From NCBI RefSeq assembly GCF_009914755.1, contig NC_060931.1: 64,000 nt of DNA, one strand, 5' to 3'. The stretch is from the human T2T-CHM13v2.0 reference genome, Homo sapiens. The translations under genes and the position numbers were made by a program. Each line of letters opens with the position of its first letter. Position 1 is the stretch's first letter. The notes beneath the pieces were generated by a model. That model did not search any database and was not told the origin of the DNA. It was given only the letters and a program-made list of their open reading frames with translations. This document shows, piece by piece, positions 17,951 to 36,365 of this stretch.

Positions 17951-19219
17951 CACAGGGGGCTTGCCCAGGGCCACACCTCCTGCACTGGCTTCCCAGACCC
18001 ACCTGACCACAGTGGAAGTGATACGTGGGTCCACCTCCAGCCCTGCAGAATCTGCCCCCACCTGCTCCATCCACCTGAGGCCTCCTCTTTTCTTCCCAGG
18101 TGGGTGTCTGGTTATGGGGGGATTGGAGAAGGCACTTGGGGTGCAAGAACCCAGACACTCGAAGGAAGAGGCCAGGGAGGGGTGGTGCAGGCCCCAACGA
18201 GCCTGGGCTGCTGTGCCTGCCCTGCGCCACAGTCTGGAGGACCAGGACGTCAGGGGCCGCTGGGGTGGGGAGTCAGGGGGGCAATGCCCCAGTCTCAGCC
18301 CCCAGCACCCAGCGTTGTCCACACCTCCTCACAGAAAGCAGTTCCAAGCACAGCCTAATTTATTAATGAGGACGGGAGGCTGCTGATGGCAGCAAACGCT
18401 GACCAGTCCGGATCGATGGGGGCCCCGATAGCAGAGTGATTGGCCTGCCGCGTCTGGAGTCTAACTGCAGCGCCGGGCACCTTCCGAGGGGCTCGCGCTG
18501 TCTGACTGCACCCCGGAGACCGCCAGGGTTAATTGATGCAGCTGCGTGCTTCCCGCCCACAGGACTTCCGGTGGGATCCCCTGGAGGCTGCTATTAACTA
18601 AAGTGTTTAACGAAGTGCTAAAGAAGACCATTTCCAATACGCACTCCAACAGCCAGATTAAAAGAAGAACAGTGTCCCTCTCTGGGCTGTGGGACACCCC
18701 CAAATCCCTGGAAGAAGACACGGGAGCCCAGAGCTCTGCTGTTACCCATGCAGAGAAGCACCAGCCTGCAGGCTTGCCAGGCGTCACGTGGCCAGGGGGG
18801 CCCGGGGGCAGGCTCCCAGCCTCCTCTCTCAGGCTACCCCTGGGTCTGGGTCCCAGACGGGGCTCTGCTCGGGAGGGTTGGCTGCCCAGGATCCCGCCCA
18901 GTGTCGGGGGAAGTGTTCTTCAGTCCTCGGCTGAGTCTGGGGACAGCAGAGCTGGCACAACCCCTCAGCCTCACACTGCACTCTGGGCCTGCACCCCCAG
19001 TGGCCAGGCCTCCAGCCCTGGCTGCCAGACCTGCATGACCACTGAGGAAGCAGATCCCTGGACCCATCTCCAGCCCTGAGGAATCTAGACCTCCGGACCT
19101 CACATTCACATTTTTCAACTTATTTATTTGTTAAATAGCTAATGTGGTCACAAGCCTTGAGATTTTCAAAGTAGGGAAAGGTCTCTGTGTGCCCCTAAAA
19201 GAAGAAAATGCTTCTCAAA

Positions 19220-19615
19220 ATAACCAGAAACCGGAAATGTCCAAACCTCCATGAACAGGAGAATGGGTAAATAAATTGTGCTCTAGTCACACGATGGAAT
19301 ACTATGCAGCAGTGAAAAAGGGCACCGGAGGGGTGCACAAACCACATAGGTGAGTCTCACAGCATAGGAGGCAGCAACTGTGCAATCCCAGTCAGGAAGT
19401 TCAGGAACAGGCAGCATTCTGACGGATAAAGTTTCCAGGAAAATGGGCATCTCAGTGTGTCGGGGGATGGGGTATTGTGGGCTGGGAGGGGCATGAGGGA
19501 GCCTGCAGGGGGCTGGCCTCGTTCCCGCTGTTGTCCAGGGGGTGGTCACCTGGCCCTGTTCACTTTGTGAAGTTCATTGTGCTGCTGAGGCTGCAGGCAC
19601 TTTCTGGAATGCGCA
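19220..19615 (+). mobile_element. Old L1 (L1ME-like) 3' fragment
   Basis: aacaggagaatgggtaaataaattgtg...atggaatactatgcagcagtgaaaaag. Confidence 0.6.
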
Positions 19616-19700
19616 CTATATGCCAATAATGTATTCACTTGGCTTTCTTAGGGAGAGGAGGTTTACAGAGAAAAATGCTCATCCCACTCTGTCCCCAGCC

Positions 19701-19834
19701 ACCCAGCTCCCCTCCAATAATCAATGTCCATGTCACGTTGTGCTATGGGCCCTTCCAGAGATTCCCCACCCAGCTCCCCTCCAATGGCCAATGTCCATGT
19801 CATGGTTTGCTATGGGCCCTTCCAGAGATTCCCC
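19701..19834. repeat. 67-bp tandem duplication
   Basis: acccagctcccctccaat...tgctatgggcccttccagagattcccc at 19701 and 19768. Confidence 0.85.
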
Positions 19835-20055
19835 ATACCTATGAACGCACACACACCTGCAGATATAACGAGCACCCCGGTGACCATGACGATCGGGTGA
19901 GCAGCATGGGCAACGTTGCACCCCAGATCAGCCCGAGAGCAGCCAAGGCCCCCACAGCTGCACACCATTTAGCCAGGGCCTAGCGTCACTCAGGGCCTTT
20001 GCCCATCAGTGGAGTTTTCCCAAAATATACACAAACGCATATGCACACAGTTAGC

Positions 20056-20396
<341 letters not shown>

Positions 20397-20489
20397 TAAA
20401 ATGTTGAGCAGACATTTTCATTGTGTCAGGTTCAGCCAGTGGGAGTTTGGTATGCTAATGGCCCCAAGTGCAGACAGCAGCCATCAGTT

Positions 20490-22015
<1,526 letters not shown>

Positions 22016-22675
22016 TTAGAAGACAAAGAGGACCGGGTCACAGGGCCACCAGAGCCAGGCTGGGGCGAAGGACCTGCTTCCGTAGCCAGTGTTGGTCACC
22101 ACCCAGATAGACAACAGCTCCCAGATTTCTCCAGCAGCCCAGGGGTGAGGTGTGTCCTCATACGGGTGGCCCCCAAGTTATAGGTCAGCAGTGGGGTCTG
22201 AAAACACTCTCCTCCCACAGGCCTGATGCCCCATGAACCAAGACCAGATCAGAACAGCCTCTGCTTCCCCAGGTCTCCAGGGGGCTATGTCTACCCGGTC
22301 CCCAGACAGCCAACCTCCTGCCCAGCCTGGAGAAAGTGGGGTCAGAGAATAGCTCAGGGCCATTGTGCCAAGTGTAGCCACTTTGCTCACTGTCACTCTG
22401 CAGGAAAACTGTGTTCTCATGTGTGAGGGAGTCAGTGAGTAAACTGAGTCACGAAACAGAGCACAGACAGGATTTATAAGAATGGCAGGAGGGGAGCGAG
22501 AGAACCCCCACAGGGTCCAGGAACAATGAATGTCACACGTTGTGAGGGCAAACTGGCAGCCAGCAAGAGGTCATTGGGGGCTGGTTGTCCCATTCTTCGG
22601 TGGTCTCCAGAAAACCCTGAAAGCTCCACTTGGGTCACACGTGACAAGCCATCTCCGGAAATGCCTTCCAGGATC

Positions 22676-22850
22676 TGGGCCGGAGACACGATCTGCAGGG
22701 CCCAGCACAAAATGAAAATGCCGGGACCCTTGTTCAAAAAGCAGGGAAAAGTGCCATCGAGGTACTAAAATGTAAAGCTTATCTGCTTTCTCCCCCGGTC
22801 TCTCTAAACTTGTTAGAAACTATCACTGCAGCACAGAGGTCCCAAAATGT
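22676..22850 (+). mobile_element. Possible MER45-like hAT DNA transposon fragment
   Basis: gcagggcccagcacaaaatgaaaatgccgggacccttgttcaaaaa. Confidence 0.5.
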
Positions 22851-22897
22851 TTTTATTGTGGTAAATATATATGGCCTAAAACTTACCATCTTAACCA

Positions 22898-23273
<376 letters not shown>

Positions 23274-23384
23274 TTATCTTCCCAAACTGAAGCTCTGTCC
23301 CCACTCAACCCTCACCCCCCAGCTCCTAGGAACCACCTTCCTACTTCTGTCTCTATGGATCTGAGGACTCTAGAAACCTTCTAT

Positions 23385-23793
23385 TGAGGTAGGAGGTGGG
23401 ACTCGACTCAGAGGCTGGCTGGGCTCAGACTCCAGACCAAATTGAGGACTAGCTAAACGGACCGGGTGGAAGCAGCTTTCCATAAGACACGCCCACCAGT
23501 GTGCCATGTCAGTTTACCATTGCCGTGGCAACACCCAGAAGTTACCACCCCTTTCCATGGCAACAACCCAATGACCCGAAAGTTACCACGCTTTTCCCAT
23601 AAATTTCTGCATAATCTGTCCCTAAATTTGCATAATTAAAGGTGGGTGTAAATGTGAGTGTTGAACTACCCCCGGGCTGCTGCTGTGCATGGCTGCTTTA
23701 ACACCACCCGCTCACCGTTGAATTCCTTCCTGGGCAAAGCCAAGAAGCTTCTCCGGCTAAGCCCTGATTTGGGGGCTCACCTGCTCTGCATCA
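23385..23793 (+). mobile_element. ERV1 solo LTR of the MER41/MER66 group, inserted in L1M
   Basis: TG...CA termini; gccatgtcagtttaccattgccgtggcaac...gaagttacc and tgaattccttcctgggcaaagccaagaa motifs; L1M text resumes afterwards. Confidence 0.7.
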
Positions 23794-23859
23794 ATATAAG
23801 TGGGACCCTGCAGTCTGTGTCCTCTTGTGACTGGCATGAGCATGATAAGTGCCTTTCCT

Positions 23860-24590
23860 GAAACTATCCCCTCCTTCGGTGAGGACCAAAACCACCTTTG
23901 TAAAAACTAATGGAAGGCCACAAGATAAGAATTATGAGAGGGGTCTGAACTCTGCTAAAATGTAGGCATAGTTAAATGGTAACCAGCCATTGTTCCAGAG
24001 ATCATGATATTTGTGACTTCCCCAGTTGCTCCCGTAAGTGACATCGCTATTGCCAATGCCTAAGATTGGCGTCAGAGGGGTTTTCTCGACTTCTGTGGAC
24101 CGCTGAGTTCACCTGGACCCATGACTCAGACCAAGGAATGAATTCAACCCGCCCTGTGACTTCCACCCAGGAATCGACTCAGCGCCAGAAGACAGCTTTG
24201 ATGCCCTACGATTTCCTCCTCCACCCAGCCAATCAGCATTCCCCGTCCCCTCGCCCCTGCCTGTCAAACTATCCTTGAAAAACCCCAGCCTCCCAGCTAC
24301 TCGGGAGGCTGAAGCAGGAGAATCGTTTCAACCCGGTCGGCGGAGGTTGCAGTGAGCCAAGATCGCGCTACTGCACTCCAGCCTGGTGACAGAGCGAGAC
24401 TCTGTCCAAAAATTAAAAAAAGAAAAAAGAAAACCCCAGCCTCTGAGCTTTCAGGGAGGCAGATTTGAATTATAAACTCCCGTCTCCCGCTCAGCTGGCC
24501 GTGCGTTTATTAAACTCTACTGCAATCCCACTGTCTCAGTGAAGTGCCTCTGTCTGCACAGTGGACAAGAAGAACTCGTCAGGTGATTAA
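23860..24590 (+). mobile_element. ERV1 LTR (LTR8/LTR26-like) containing a 5'-truncated Alu (24290-24430)
   Basis: ccaatcagcattcccc...aaactatccttgaaaaaccccagcctc; the TSD aaaaccccagcctc flanks the Alu arm. Confidence 0.65.
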
Positions 24591-24602
24591 ATTTTACCTT
24601 AA

Positions 24603-24908
<306 letters not shown>

Positions 24909-25039
24909 TCATTACCTTTTAAAACCCTATCTCTAAATACAGTCCCATTCTGAGGTCTTGGGGGTTATTCAGCATATGAATTTTGAGGAAACACAGTTCA
25001 GCCTGTAAGCAGGGAAGAGCAGACAGAGAGCGGGAAAGA

Positions 25040-25530
25040 ACCCAGGTCGAAGACTGCACTTTCCCAGGATGGCTGCAGCTATAGCTACCATCTCACAAGC
25101 TCTTCCAGAACCTTTCTCATTATGACGTGCAGTCCAGGTCCTCTTCCCTTGAACCCGGACAGACCTCGGTGACTGCCTCGACCAACAGCTGGAGTGACTT
25201 CCAAGGCTAGGTCATCAAAACGCTGGTGAGCCATGTCTGCCTCATTCTCTTGGGATGCTTGCTGCTGGGACCCAGCGGCCATGCTGGTAGGAAGCCCAAG
25301 CCGCACTGGAGAGGTCCACCTGGGGAGGAACCATGACCCCCAGGCCACAGGCCACAGCCCAGTTGAGCTCCCAACCAACAGCCGTGTGGGTCAGCTAACT
25401 CACTTATGGGCCTTCCAGGTGTGCAGAGCCACCCTGCAGAGCCAAGCCCACATCACATGCTCAAAGTCCATGTCTGCTGCTATTTGAAGCCACTCTACTT
25501 GGGGGTGGTTGTTACCTGGCAGTTGCATAC
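25040..25530 (+). mobile_element. Old MaLR MLT1 LTR
   Basis: gtgacttccaaggctaggtcatcaaaa...gccatgctggtaggaagcccaagc...tttgaagccactctacttgggggtggttgtta. Confidence 0.6.
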
Positions 25531-26929
25531 TTGCAAACTCACACAGGACTCAAGATCCTACCTGTCACCTGGGGGGCTCGGGGAGAAAGCTGCCCGGTCA
25601 GATCCACTCAGGCTCCTGCGCCCAGCACCCCAGGCTTGGTTGCAGTGGAGGCAGATTGGTGGGGAGCCCTCTGCGCTTCCAGACCCCATCTCAACACCTC
25701 AGACTGGCAGTGCAGCTCCAGGCAGGTCCAGGAAGCATCCTCATGTGCCAGCAGGCAGCTCACACAAGCACTAGCAGTTTCCAGGGACAGACAGACATAG
25801 ATTGAGTCCCTGCTGTGTGCTGGAAATTGTGTGAGGAGCCTTCAAACACGACCATAGACAAACTTCTATTCATCCTTTGAAGCCCAGCTAGGGAGTCACC
25901 TCCTCTATGAAGGTTTCCCTGCCTGAGAGCCGTGCTGCTCTGTGCTCTGGTACCTGGTCCCAGGTCTTTCACACACAGTAAGTGCTCAACCAGTGTTTGT
26001 GGTGGAATCAATGAATCAATGTTCAGTCCAGTGAAACTGAACTGAGTCTCTCAGTCTGCTCTTTTTTACATTTTTAATTTTGTTAATTTTTACTGTTTTC
26101 CTTTAAGCTCTGTTGGACGTAATCTCTGTCTGCTCTTAAGGAGAAAAATAAACCCTCACTTCTCAAATGCAAGGAGAACATGGCCAGTGAGTGTCCTGCC
26201 AGAGGCACCTGCTTTCCACCAGGGTCAGACAGGAAATCCAGGAGTTCTTCCTGGAGGAGGGGACATCTGTATACTCCTTTTGAAGCATGGGTAGGTTTAC
26301 CCCACCCAAGATGAGGAAAGGGAGGCTTTTCTAGAGGGAATGAGGCTGCAGGGACAACACTGGAAGGCAGAGAAGTGGGGGCTGCCCAGGGCCTCCAGGA
26401 GACACCACACTGGTATATGCCAAATCCAGAATCTGCTGTAGTAGCCCCTGATCTCCCACTGGCCCCCAGCTTCACTACCCGGAGGGTCGATCCGTCACCA
26501 CCTTCATGTGCACCTGTCGGGAGCCCCCGGGAGTCAGAAGTGGGTGGTGCCGGCGGTGAGGCTTCCTGGACCCCCAACCCCCACCCCAGCTGCGGCTGCT
26601 CCCTGGTGTGCACCTGAGGCTGGGCTGATCTCAGCTGTACATCCGCAAACTTCCCGGTGACCTTGGGCTACCCCAACGTCCACCTCTGGGCCTCAGTTTC
26701 CCCATTTGTTCTGGGTGTCAGCCGGGCCACGTCCTCATCGGCCTGAAGGAGGAAGCCACAGGCGGTTGTGGAGGGGGTAAACCTGACACGGGGAGGCTTA
26801 AGCTGGAGTTGAGGGGGGTCATAGGTGTGACCCCTCCGGCCCCGCGTCCGTGCTGACGTGGCCCAGCCAATGGCAGAGCAGGGCAGAGCCGGGTGGCGCC
26901 TGGCCCGGCATCCACACTCCTGGTGAGCT

Positions 26930-27400
26930 CTGTTTGTTTTCATAACCAATTCAATATTTAAGACCCGGCCAGCCGCGGCCGCAAGCTCTCCAGCTCCCCC
27001 TTCCTTTGTCTCTGCCGCTCCCTGCACCCCGCCTCGCACTTCCTCTGACAAACCGTGCGATTCTGATGGAAAATTCATTAGTCGGCTGGTCTCTTTCCCT
27101 CCCCTCTCCGTGTTCCCAGGCAGCTCCGCGCCTGGCGTGTCAGCCTCTCCATCCAGATTATCTGGAGACGCCAATTTCAAAGAGACATCTTAATAGTGAT
27201 GTCAACGAATTAATTAGATGTGTTAATGAGCTAAAAGCAACCCAAATTAAATTAATGCAGTAATAAGCGCAGACAGCAAAATTAGCTCCAATTTCTCTAA
27301 ATGATTCTGAACTGTACACAACACCTCATCTCGCTAGAACATCACCATCCCCCAAAGCTAATCAAGAACCCGGCGCAATTAACTGCTTAATTACAAACAG
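26930..27400. promoter_or_regulatory. Candidate homeodomain-site-rich enhancer
   Basis: gaattaattag, aaattaaattaatg, caattaac, cttaattac; TTCAAAG at 27176. Confidence 0.55.
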
Positions 27401-27455
27401 GAGCGTGCGCGCGCGGGCACACACACACACACACACACACACACATGCACACACA
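27401..27455. repeat. (CG)n-(CA)n microsatellite
   Basis: gcgtgcgcgcgcgggcacacacac... Confidence 0.9.
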
Positions 27456-27694
27456 GGGCAAGAAAGTCAGCAGGCGGAAGGACAGGGCCTGGGTGGGCTT
27501 TGGGGGAGTGGGAGCTATGGACCCTCTGAAGACAGTGGTGGTCACCATCACCCCCACCTGTCCTAAACCCCGCAGATGAGAGCAAGGGCAAGAAACCCGG
27601 CTTGCTGGGAGCTCAGGTGGTCCAAGTGCAGGATGGAGCTGGACCGAGTCAGGCAGAAATGAGGGACCCTGGGGTCCCCCAGCCCCCTGGGTGT

Positions 27695-28172
27695 GGTGAG
27701 GAGGGGGAGTGGAAGAGGAGTGGGAGGAAAAAGGAAAAAGGAAGGAAGGAAGGGAGGAAGGGAGAAGGAAGACTGGGAGGAGTGGGAGGAGGGGAGGGAG
27801 GAGGGGGAAGGAGGAGTGGGAGGAGGGGAGGGAGGAGGGGGAAGGAGGAGTGGGAGGAGGGGAGGGAGGAGGGGGAAGGAGGAGTGGGAGGAGGGGAGGG
27901 AGGAGGGGGAAGGAGGAGTGGGAGGAGGGGAGGGAGGAGGGGGAAGGAGGAGTGGGAGGAGGGGAGGGAGGAGGGGGAAGGAGGAGTGGGAGGAGGGGAG
28001 GGAGGAGGGGGAAGGAGGAGTGGGAGGAGGGGAGGGAGGAGGGGGAAGGAGGAGTGGGAGGAGGGGAGGGAGGAGGGGGAAGGAGGAGTGGGAAGAGGGG
28101 AGGGAGGAGGGGGAAGGAGGAGTGGGAGGAGGAGAGGGAGGAGAGGGAAGAGGGAGGGGGAGGAGGGAGGGA
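27695..28172. repeat. Polypurine 34-bp minisatellite (~11 copies)
   Basis: Unit ggaggagtgggaggaggggagggaggagggggaa; agtggg recurs at 27781, 27815, etc. Confidence 0.95.
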
Positions 28173-29043
28173 GCAGTGCGAGTTGTTTATTACTTGCATC
28201 AGAATCTGAGTTGCAACTAAAAAGCTAATTGTCCAGCCCGCTGATTTCCCACCGGGCAGGGAGAGCTGCTAATAGCTTCGCAAGCGGCTCAGGTATCTGA
28301 TTAGCTGTAATTGCAGCTACAGACAGAAGAAGGGTGAGGACAGAAGGGGGACTTAGAGGGGAGGAGGGGGCCGAGGGAGACTGGGAACAGAGGCCTGGGT
28401 GCCAAGTCAAAGGGAGGCCAGGTGGGTGGCGGGCCGGGGGCAGGGACTAGAGAAGATGAGGGTCAAAGCCGAGGTGGCCAGGCCGGCCGAGGATCCACAG
28501 CCGCTCTGAGGACCACCCACCCAGGGCCCCGGGTGACCGCCACCGCCACCATCTAGGCCTCGCTGTCTCTGGGAGTCATCCCGTCTCTGCACATCTGTGG
28601 AATGGGGGCGTAGTCTACCTCGCTGGGCCGGCCCTCAAAGGCCAGGAGCCAGGGTGTGAAGAGCTGGACCAGTGCAATACACAGTCAGTGCCAAAGTACA
28701 GGGGCTTAAGCACCTGCCCCCCGTGGCCCAGGGTGACCCCTGGACGGGACACCCACCCAGACCCCTGGGATGAGCTGAGTCTCATAAGCGGAGGACACTT
28801 TTTGTGAATTTCAGATCGGGGTTATTGATTCCAGAGAAAAGGAAGCCGCTGATCGACTTTGCTATCGAGGGCACCCCAGCCCCAGTGGAGAACTCGTGTC
28901 CCCAGAGCGGGGCAGGGGATGCAGGCCCGCCCTCCCTCTGCCACAAGCCCACCCTCTCACCTGCCTTTCTCATTTCTCTGCAGCTTTCTTCCCTCACCGA
29001 CACATTTATTCTTCCATTGGTTTGTTTTCTAATTTGCGGTTCA

Positions 29044-29567
<524 letters not shown>

Positions 29568-29838
29568 TCAGCTGCAAGCTGCACCCCTCGTGGTGGGCAC
29601 CTCACCTCAGGGACCCCAAGACCCCTGGCCTCTGTCCCTGGCTTTGCGGAGCCTTCCCGTGTGCTGCAGCAGCCTGGAGATGCATGTACTCTGGTGTAAG
29701 CATGGGGACCCTAGTAGGGGGCATGAGCAGGGGACAGGAAACCTTAGCAACCTGGGGGTGTCAGAGGAGCGTCTCAGGAGGTGGCTTGGAAGGTGGCAGA
29801 ATGACCAGGTGAGTGCACGGTCAGTCATCCAGCAATAG

Positions 29839-30705
<867 letters not shown>

Positions 30706-32271
30706 TAAATCTGTGTATTTAAGGAAAGAAATCCTCAGGGTTTCCGGGCCAGGGGAGACCTGCTGCCACCCAGGCCACCCAAGCCACAGGCCACGCAGAT
30801 GGAGCCTCACACGGCGCTCACGGCAAGGGGGTGGGGCGTGCCCACCTCTGGGTCACAGCGTGTGACCCCTGCAGGTCCAAGCTCTCAGTCTCAGACCTTG
30901 CTTTGTTTTACAGATGGGAGAGTGAGGCGCGGCCAGGGGCCGGTGACCGTCCGGGACAACTCAGGTCCGCGCTGGCCTGCCTGTGGGCTTCTCTCCAATG
31001 CCAGGGCCGTCACCTTCAGATGTTGCTATAGGATTTCATCTCCCAGCAGGAGAAAAGGGATTGTTTTGCTTCAGCAAGAGCTCCTAGGAGCTTTTCACTC
31101 CCTGAGCGGGGTGAGCCCCAGGGGGCAGCAGGGGCGGGGACAGCAGGGGTGGCAGGCACTGGGGCCGAGGCGGCGTGTGGAGCTAGCCGTCCCCGGGGCC
31201 TCCAGACACATCCTCCACCCCGGCCACCCGCAGCCTGCAGCTCCCGACACCGGGCTTCTGTGGACAGGGAGAGCCCTAAGGCATCACACGTGGCCTGCAG
31301 CGCAGGTGCTCACCGAGTGCTCACAGCCGCGTGGCCGGGCCCCGGGCAGGCGGGAGGGGAGGGCAGGCCGGGCCTGGGGGAGCTGGGCCGCCGCGTGTCA
31401 GGCACACACCTGGCGCTGCCCAGGCTCCTGGCCCATGCCAATTAGAAACTCACTTTACATTATTTTAATTTATCTCTGGGGCCCTGGAACGAAAGTCATG
31501 CAATTATTATTATTATTATTTTTTGGCTGGAAACTCCAGCAGCCGTTATATAAATTACGTATAATTGAATACATCAGAGGCTGTTTCCTTTAAACAATCA
31601 CGTTTTCCCTTCCCTGAGAACGGGGCTGTCCTTCCCTAAGAACTCGGCTCAGGGTTACAATATGAGGGCATCCCGGTCCGTCGAGGAGGAGAGAGGCCTC
31701 TGGATCACCCAGGCCATGTCACCCATAGGCAGTGGCCCAAAGAGGGGACAAGAGGCTTTGAAATCAGACCACCAAGAGCTCCAACGCCGGCTGCACCACG
31801 AGCTCGCTGTGTGATCTTGGACAAGTTGCCTAACCTCTCTGAGCCTGTTTCCTCATTAGTAACAGCCTCTGCCTAAAGAGGATGATGTCCTGAGACTATG
31901 CCTGGGGATCCCTCAGAGTGGCACCCATGTGGAGTGTCCACTTGGCACACAGTGTTGACACCCAGGCCATGGGTGTTTTAAGGGTACCTGGGACTTGTTT
32001 TAGTCTGATGTGGTGAGACATGCAGATGTGGAAATGCTGTCACGAGGAGGAAGTTATGATGCTCACGGTCCCCTGGAAACAGGAGACAGAGTTCTCGGGG
32101 CCACCCGGGAAGCACTAGGCTGCGTCAGAAGGCAGCCTCTGTAGATGGGGCGAGGGGGAAGAGCATTTCCTGGGGTTTCCTCGGAAAAAAAGAGGCCAGG
32201 CTGGGGAAGCAGGCTTAAGGCTGGGGGGCTGGGATAATGTTGGCAGGTTTTGCCTGTAGAGGCCGCCTCTA

Positions 32272-33160
<889 letters not shown>

Positions 33161-33172
33161 TGTGAATTATAG

Positions 33173-34140
<968 letters not shown>

Positions 34141-35974
34141 AGTTTTAACTAATAAACTATTAAAAGAGAGAGAGAGAGAGAAAAAAAAAAACAAAACAGA
34201 CCCCATTGTGGGGAGCACAGAGCGTCCCAGTCCACCCTGAGTGACCTCCTAGAGCAGATGGAGCTCGGCTCAGGGAAGGCTTTGTGGCCGTGGCTCCTGG
34301 GCTGATCTCTGGACTAATGTTCCGGGGAACAACAGTGATAATAATATCCTGGCCCTGTCTATGTCCCCTCCCTCCCTGAATCACCCAGGCCTTCCTCTAA
34401 GCCAGCCCTGGCCTGGCCCTCAGCTCTAACCCCCAGCGCCCCTCCCCACAGCCCCCTGGGGGGCTCAGATTCCGCTCAGAGCCGCGGCAGTCAGGCCTGT
34501 CACGTGCCCACATCCCCAACTTGTAAAGTAACAACCCGTCGCACGCACAACCTCTTTGCACCCAAAATGTTCTCTGATCTGTGTAAACTGCAATTGATGC
34601 TGTGCCGCTTGATATTAATATCTTTTGTTTGTGTGTCAGGGTTCTGCAGAATCTAATTAAGAAGTGTTCTCTGCGTATCCGGGGTGTTCGAACAATTGTG
34701 CGGCGCCGACGATGCAAGCTGTTGACCTGCACAGATAAACCGTGCGTGCGGAGGAATCGGGGGCGGCGGACGGGGTGGGGGGAGTGTACATGGCTGTTCT
34801 TTTCTGCTGGGGCGCCCGGCGGGCCCTGCCTGTGGTTCGCCCTGTGTGCGGGCGGTGTGGGCGTCTTTGCCGCAGGGTGCTTGTCGTGGCAAGGGTTCTT
34901 TGTGTGTACTTCTGCGTTGACATGCATCACACCCACGAGCACATGTACATGCGCGAGGCCTCCCTGGGCAAGTGACTCCTGTCTCAACAGCCCTTTCCCA
35001 GCGTATGTGTTCACCTCCCTCACAACAGCCCTGTGAGGCAGCATCACTGGCCCATTGCACAGATGGGAGGTTGAGGCTGCTGGTGCTGGGGAAGTCACGT
35101 GTGGAAAGGCAGACGCTCCAAAGGGTACCAGATAAACCCACCTATTGGGCTCACCCCGGACAGATTATGACACGGGAACAGAGCATGCAGTCCGTCCTCA
35201 GGGGTAGGCTAAGCACTGCAATCCCACCGGACAGACAGAAAAACTGAGGCCCAGAGAGGGCAGGAGATTGCCCACCATACGCTGTGGACTGGAGGCAGAG
35301 CTGGGCCCTTCCTGACCCTCCAAGCCACACCCTGGGGTCCCTTTGGAGGGAATCACTTAAGCCCAGGTGGGACCCAGAGGCCAAGGCCGACTGTCCCTCC
35401 ATCTAAGGTAACCTGGCTGTCCAGGGTGGCTTCGGAAGCCCCTGGACCTGGGGTCTTAGCCCCACCCATGGGTAACCCTGGCCCATGCCCACCCCTCTCC
35501 AACCTCAGTGGCAACCCCTGGGAAGTAGCGAACACCACGCAGGCACTCGGTAGGTGCAGGTGCTGAGGTCGATGTCACAGCTCTGGGGTCAGGGCCGCTG
35601 CCCTGGGATGGGTCTGAGCTGTGCACGGCATTGCCTGGTGCCCTCCCAGCTCAAGGCCTTGCCTGACTACAGATGCTGTCCCTGCCTCGGGCCTGCCTGG
35701 CTGACAGCGGGCATCTGGGCCAGCGCTGCAATGCTGCCAGGTAGAAGTGCTCCCTCCAGGCTGGGGGGACCTGCAACTCCCGCCCGGGAGTCCCTCAGAC
35801 TTGGAGTGCTCTGAAGAAAGCAAGCCAGCGGCCAAGTGGGCTATGGGCCAGGTGCGGGAAGGCTCCAGACCCGGGGCTGCAGGGTTGGAGAAGGGCGCAG
35901 CAAAGGCCTGGAGACAGCCTGAACCAGGGATTCAGGATGGAATGGGTCTGGGTCAGGGAGCCAGGGTGACCGTG

Positions 35975-36365
35975 GGCCGCACAGGCCTGCGCGCGCGGGT
36001 GCACGTGCGTAATGGATGCACACGCATGCAGCTGGTGTGCGTGCAGTCGGGCGCACCTGTAACCGGTGCGCACCCCGCGTCTGGCGTGCAAGTGGGAGCA
36101 CCTGGCCCAGCGCCCAGCGGGGCCTCGCCCGCCGCTTTCTTAGGAAACGCCGCAGCGCCACCTGCCGGCTACGCGGTCTCAGCTGGACGCGGGCGGGGAG
36201 GGCGCCGGGCCACGAGGCCCCGCCCACAGCCGGAGGCCCCGCCCCTAAAGACTATCTTGGTGCCCCGCCTCTTCAGACTCCGCCCGATTCCAGGCCACGC
36301 CCCTTGTAGGCGTGACCGAGGACGCTGGTACCCGGACCTGGACTTCGCAGGGTCTTGGAGGGGCG
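35975..36365. promoter_or_regulatory. CpG-rich element with a CTCF motif (minus strand, 36152-36169) and GC boxes
   Basis: GCCGGCAGGTGGCGCTGC; GGGCGGGG near 36191; CCCCGCCC near 36217 and 36237; many CpGs. Confidence 0.6.

Noticed and set aside
27387-28228. Pro-rich and Gly/Glu/Arg-rich ORFs
   Set aside because: Translations of the 34-bp polypurine minisatellite.
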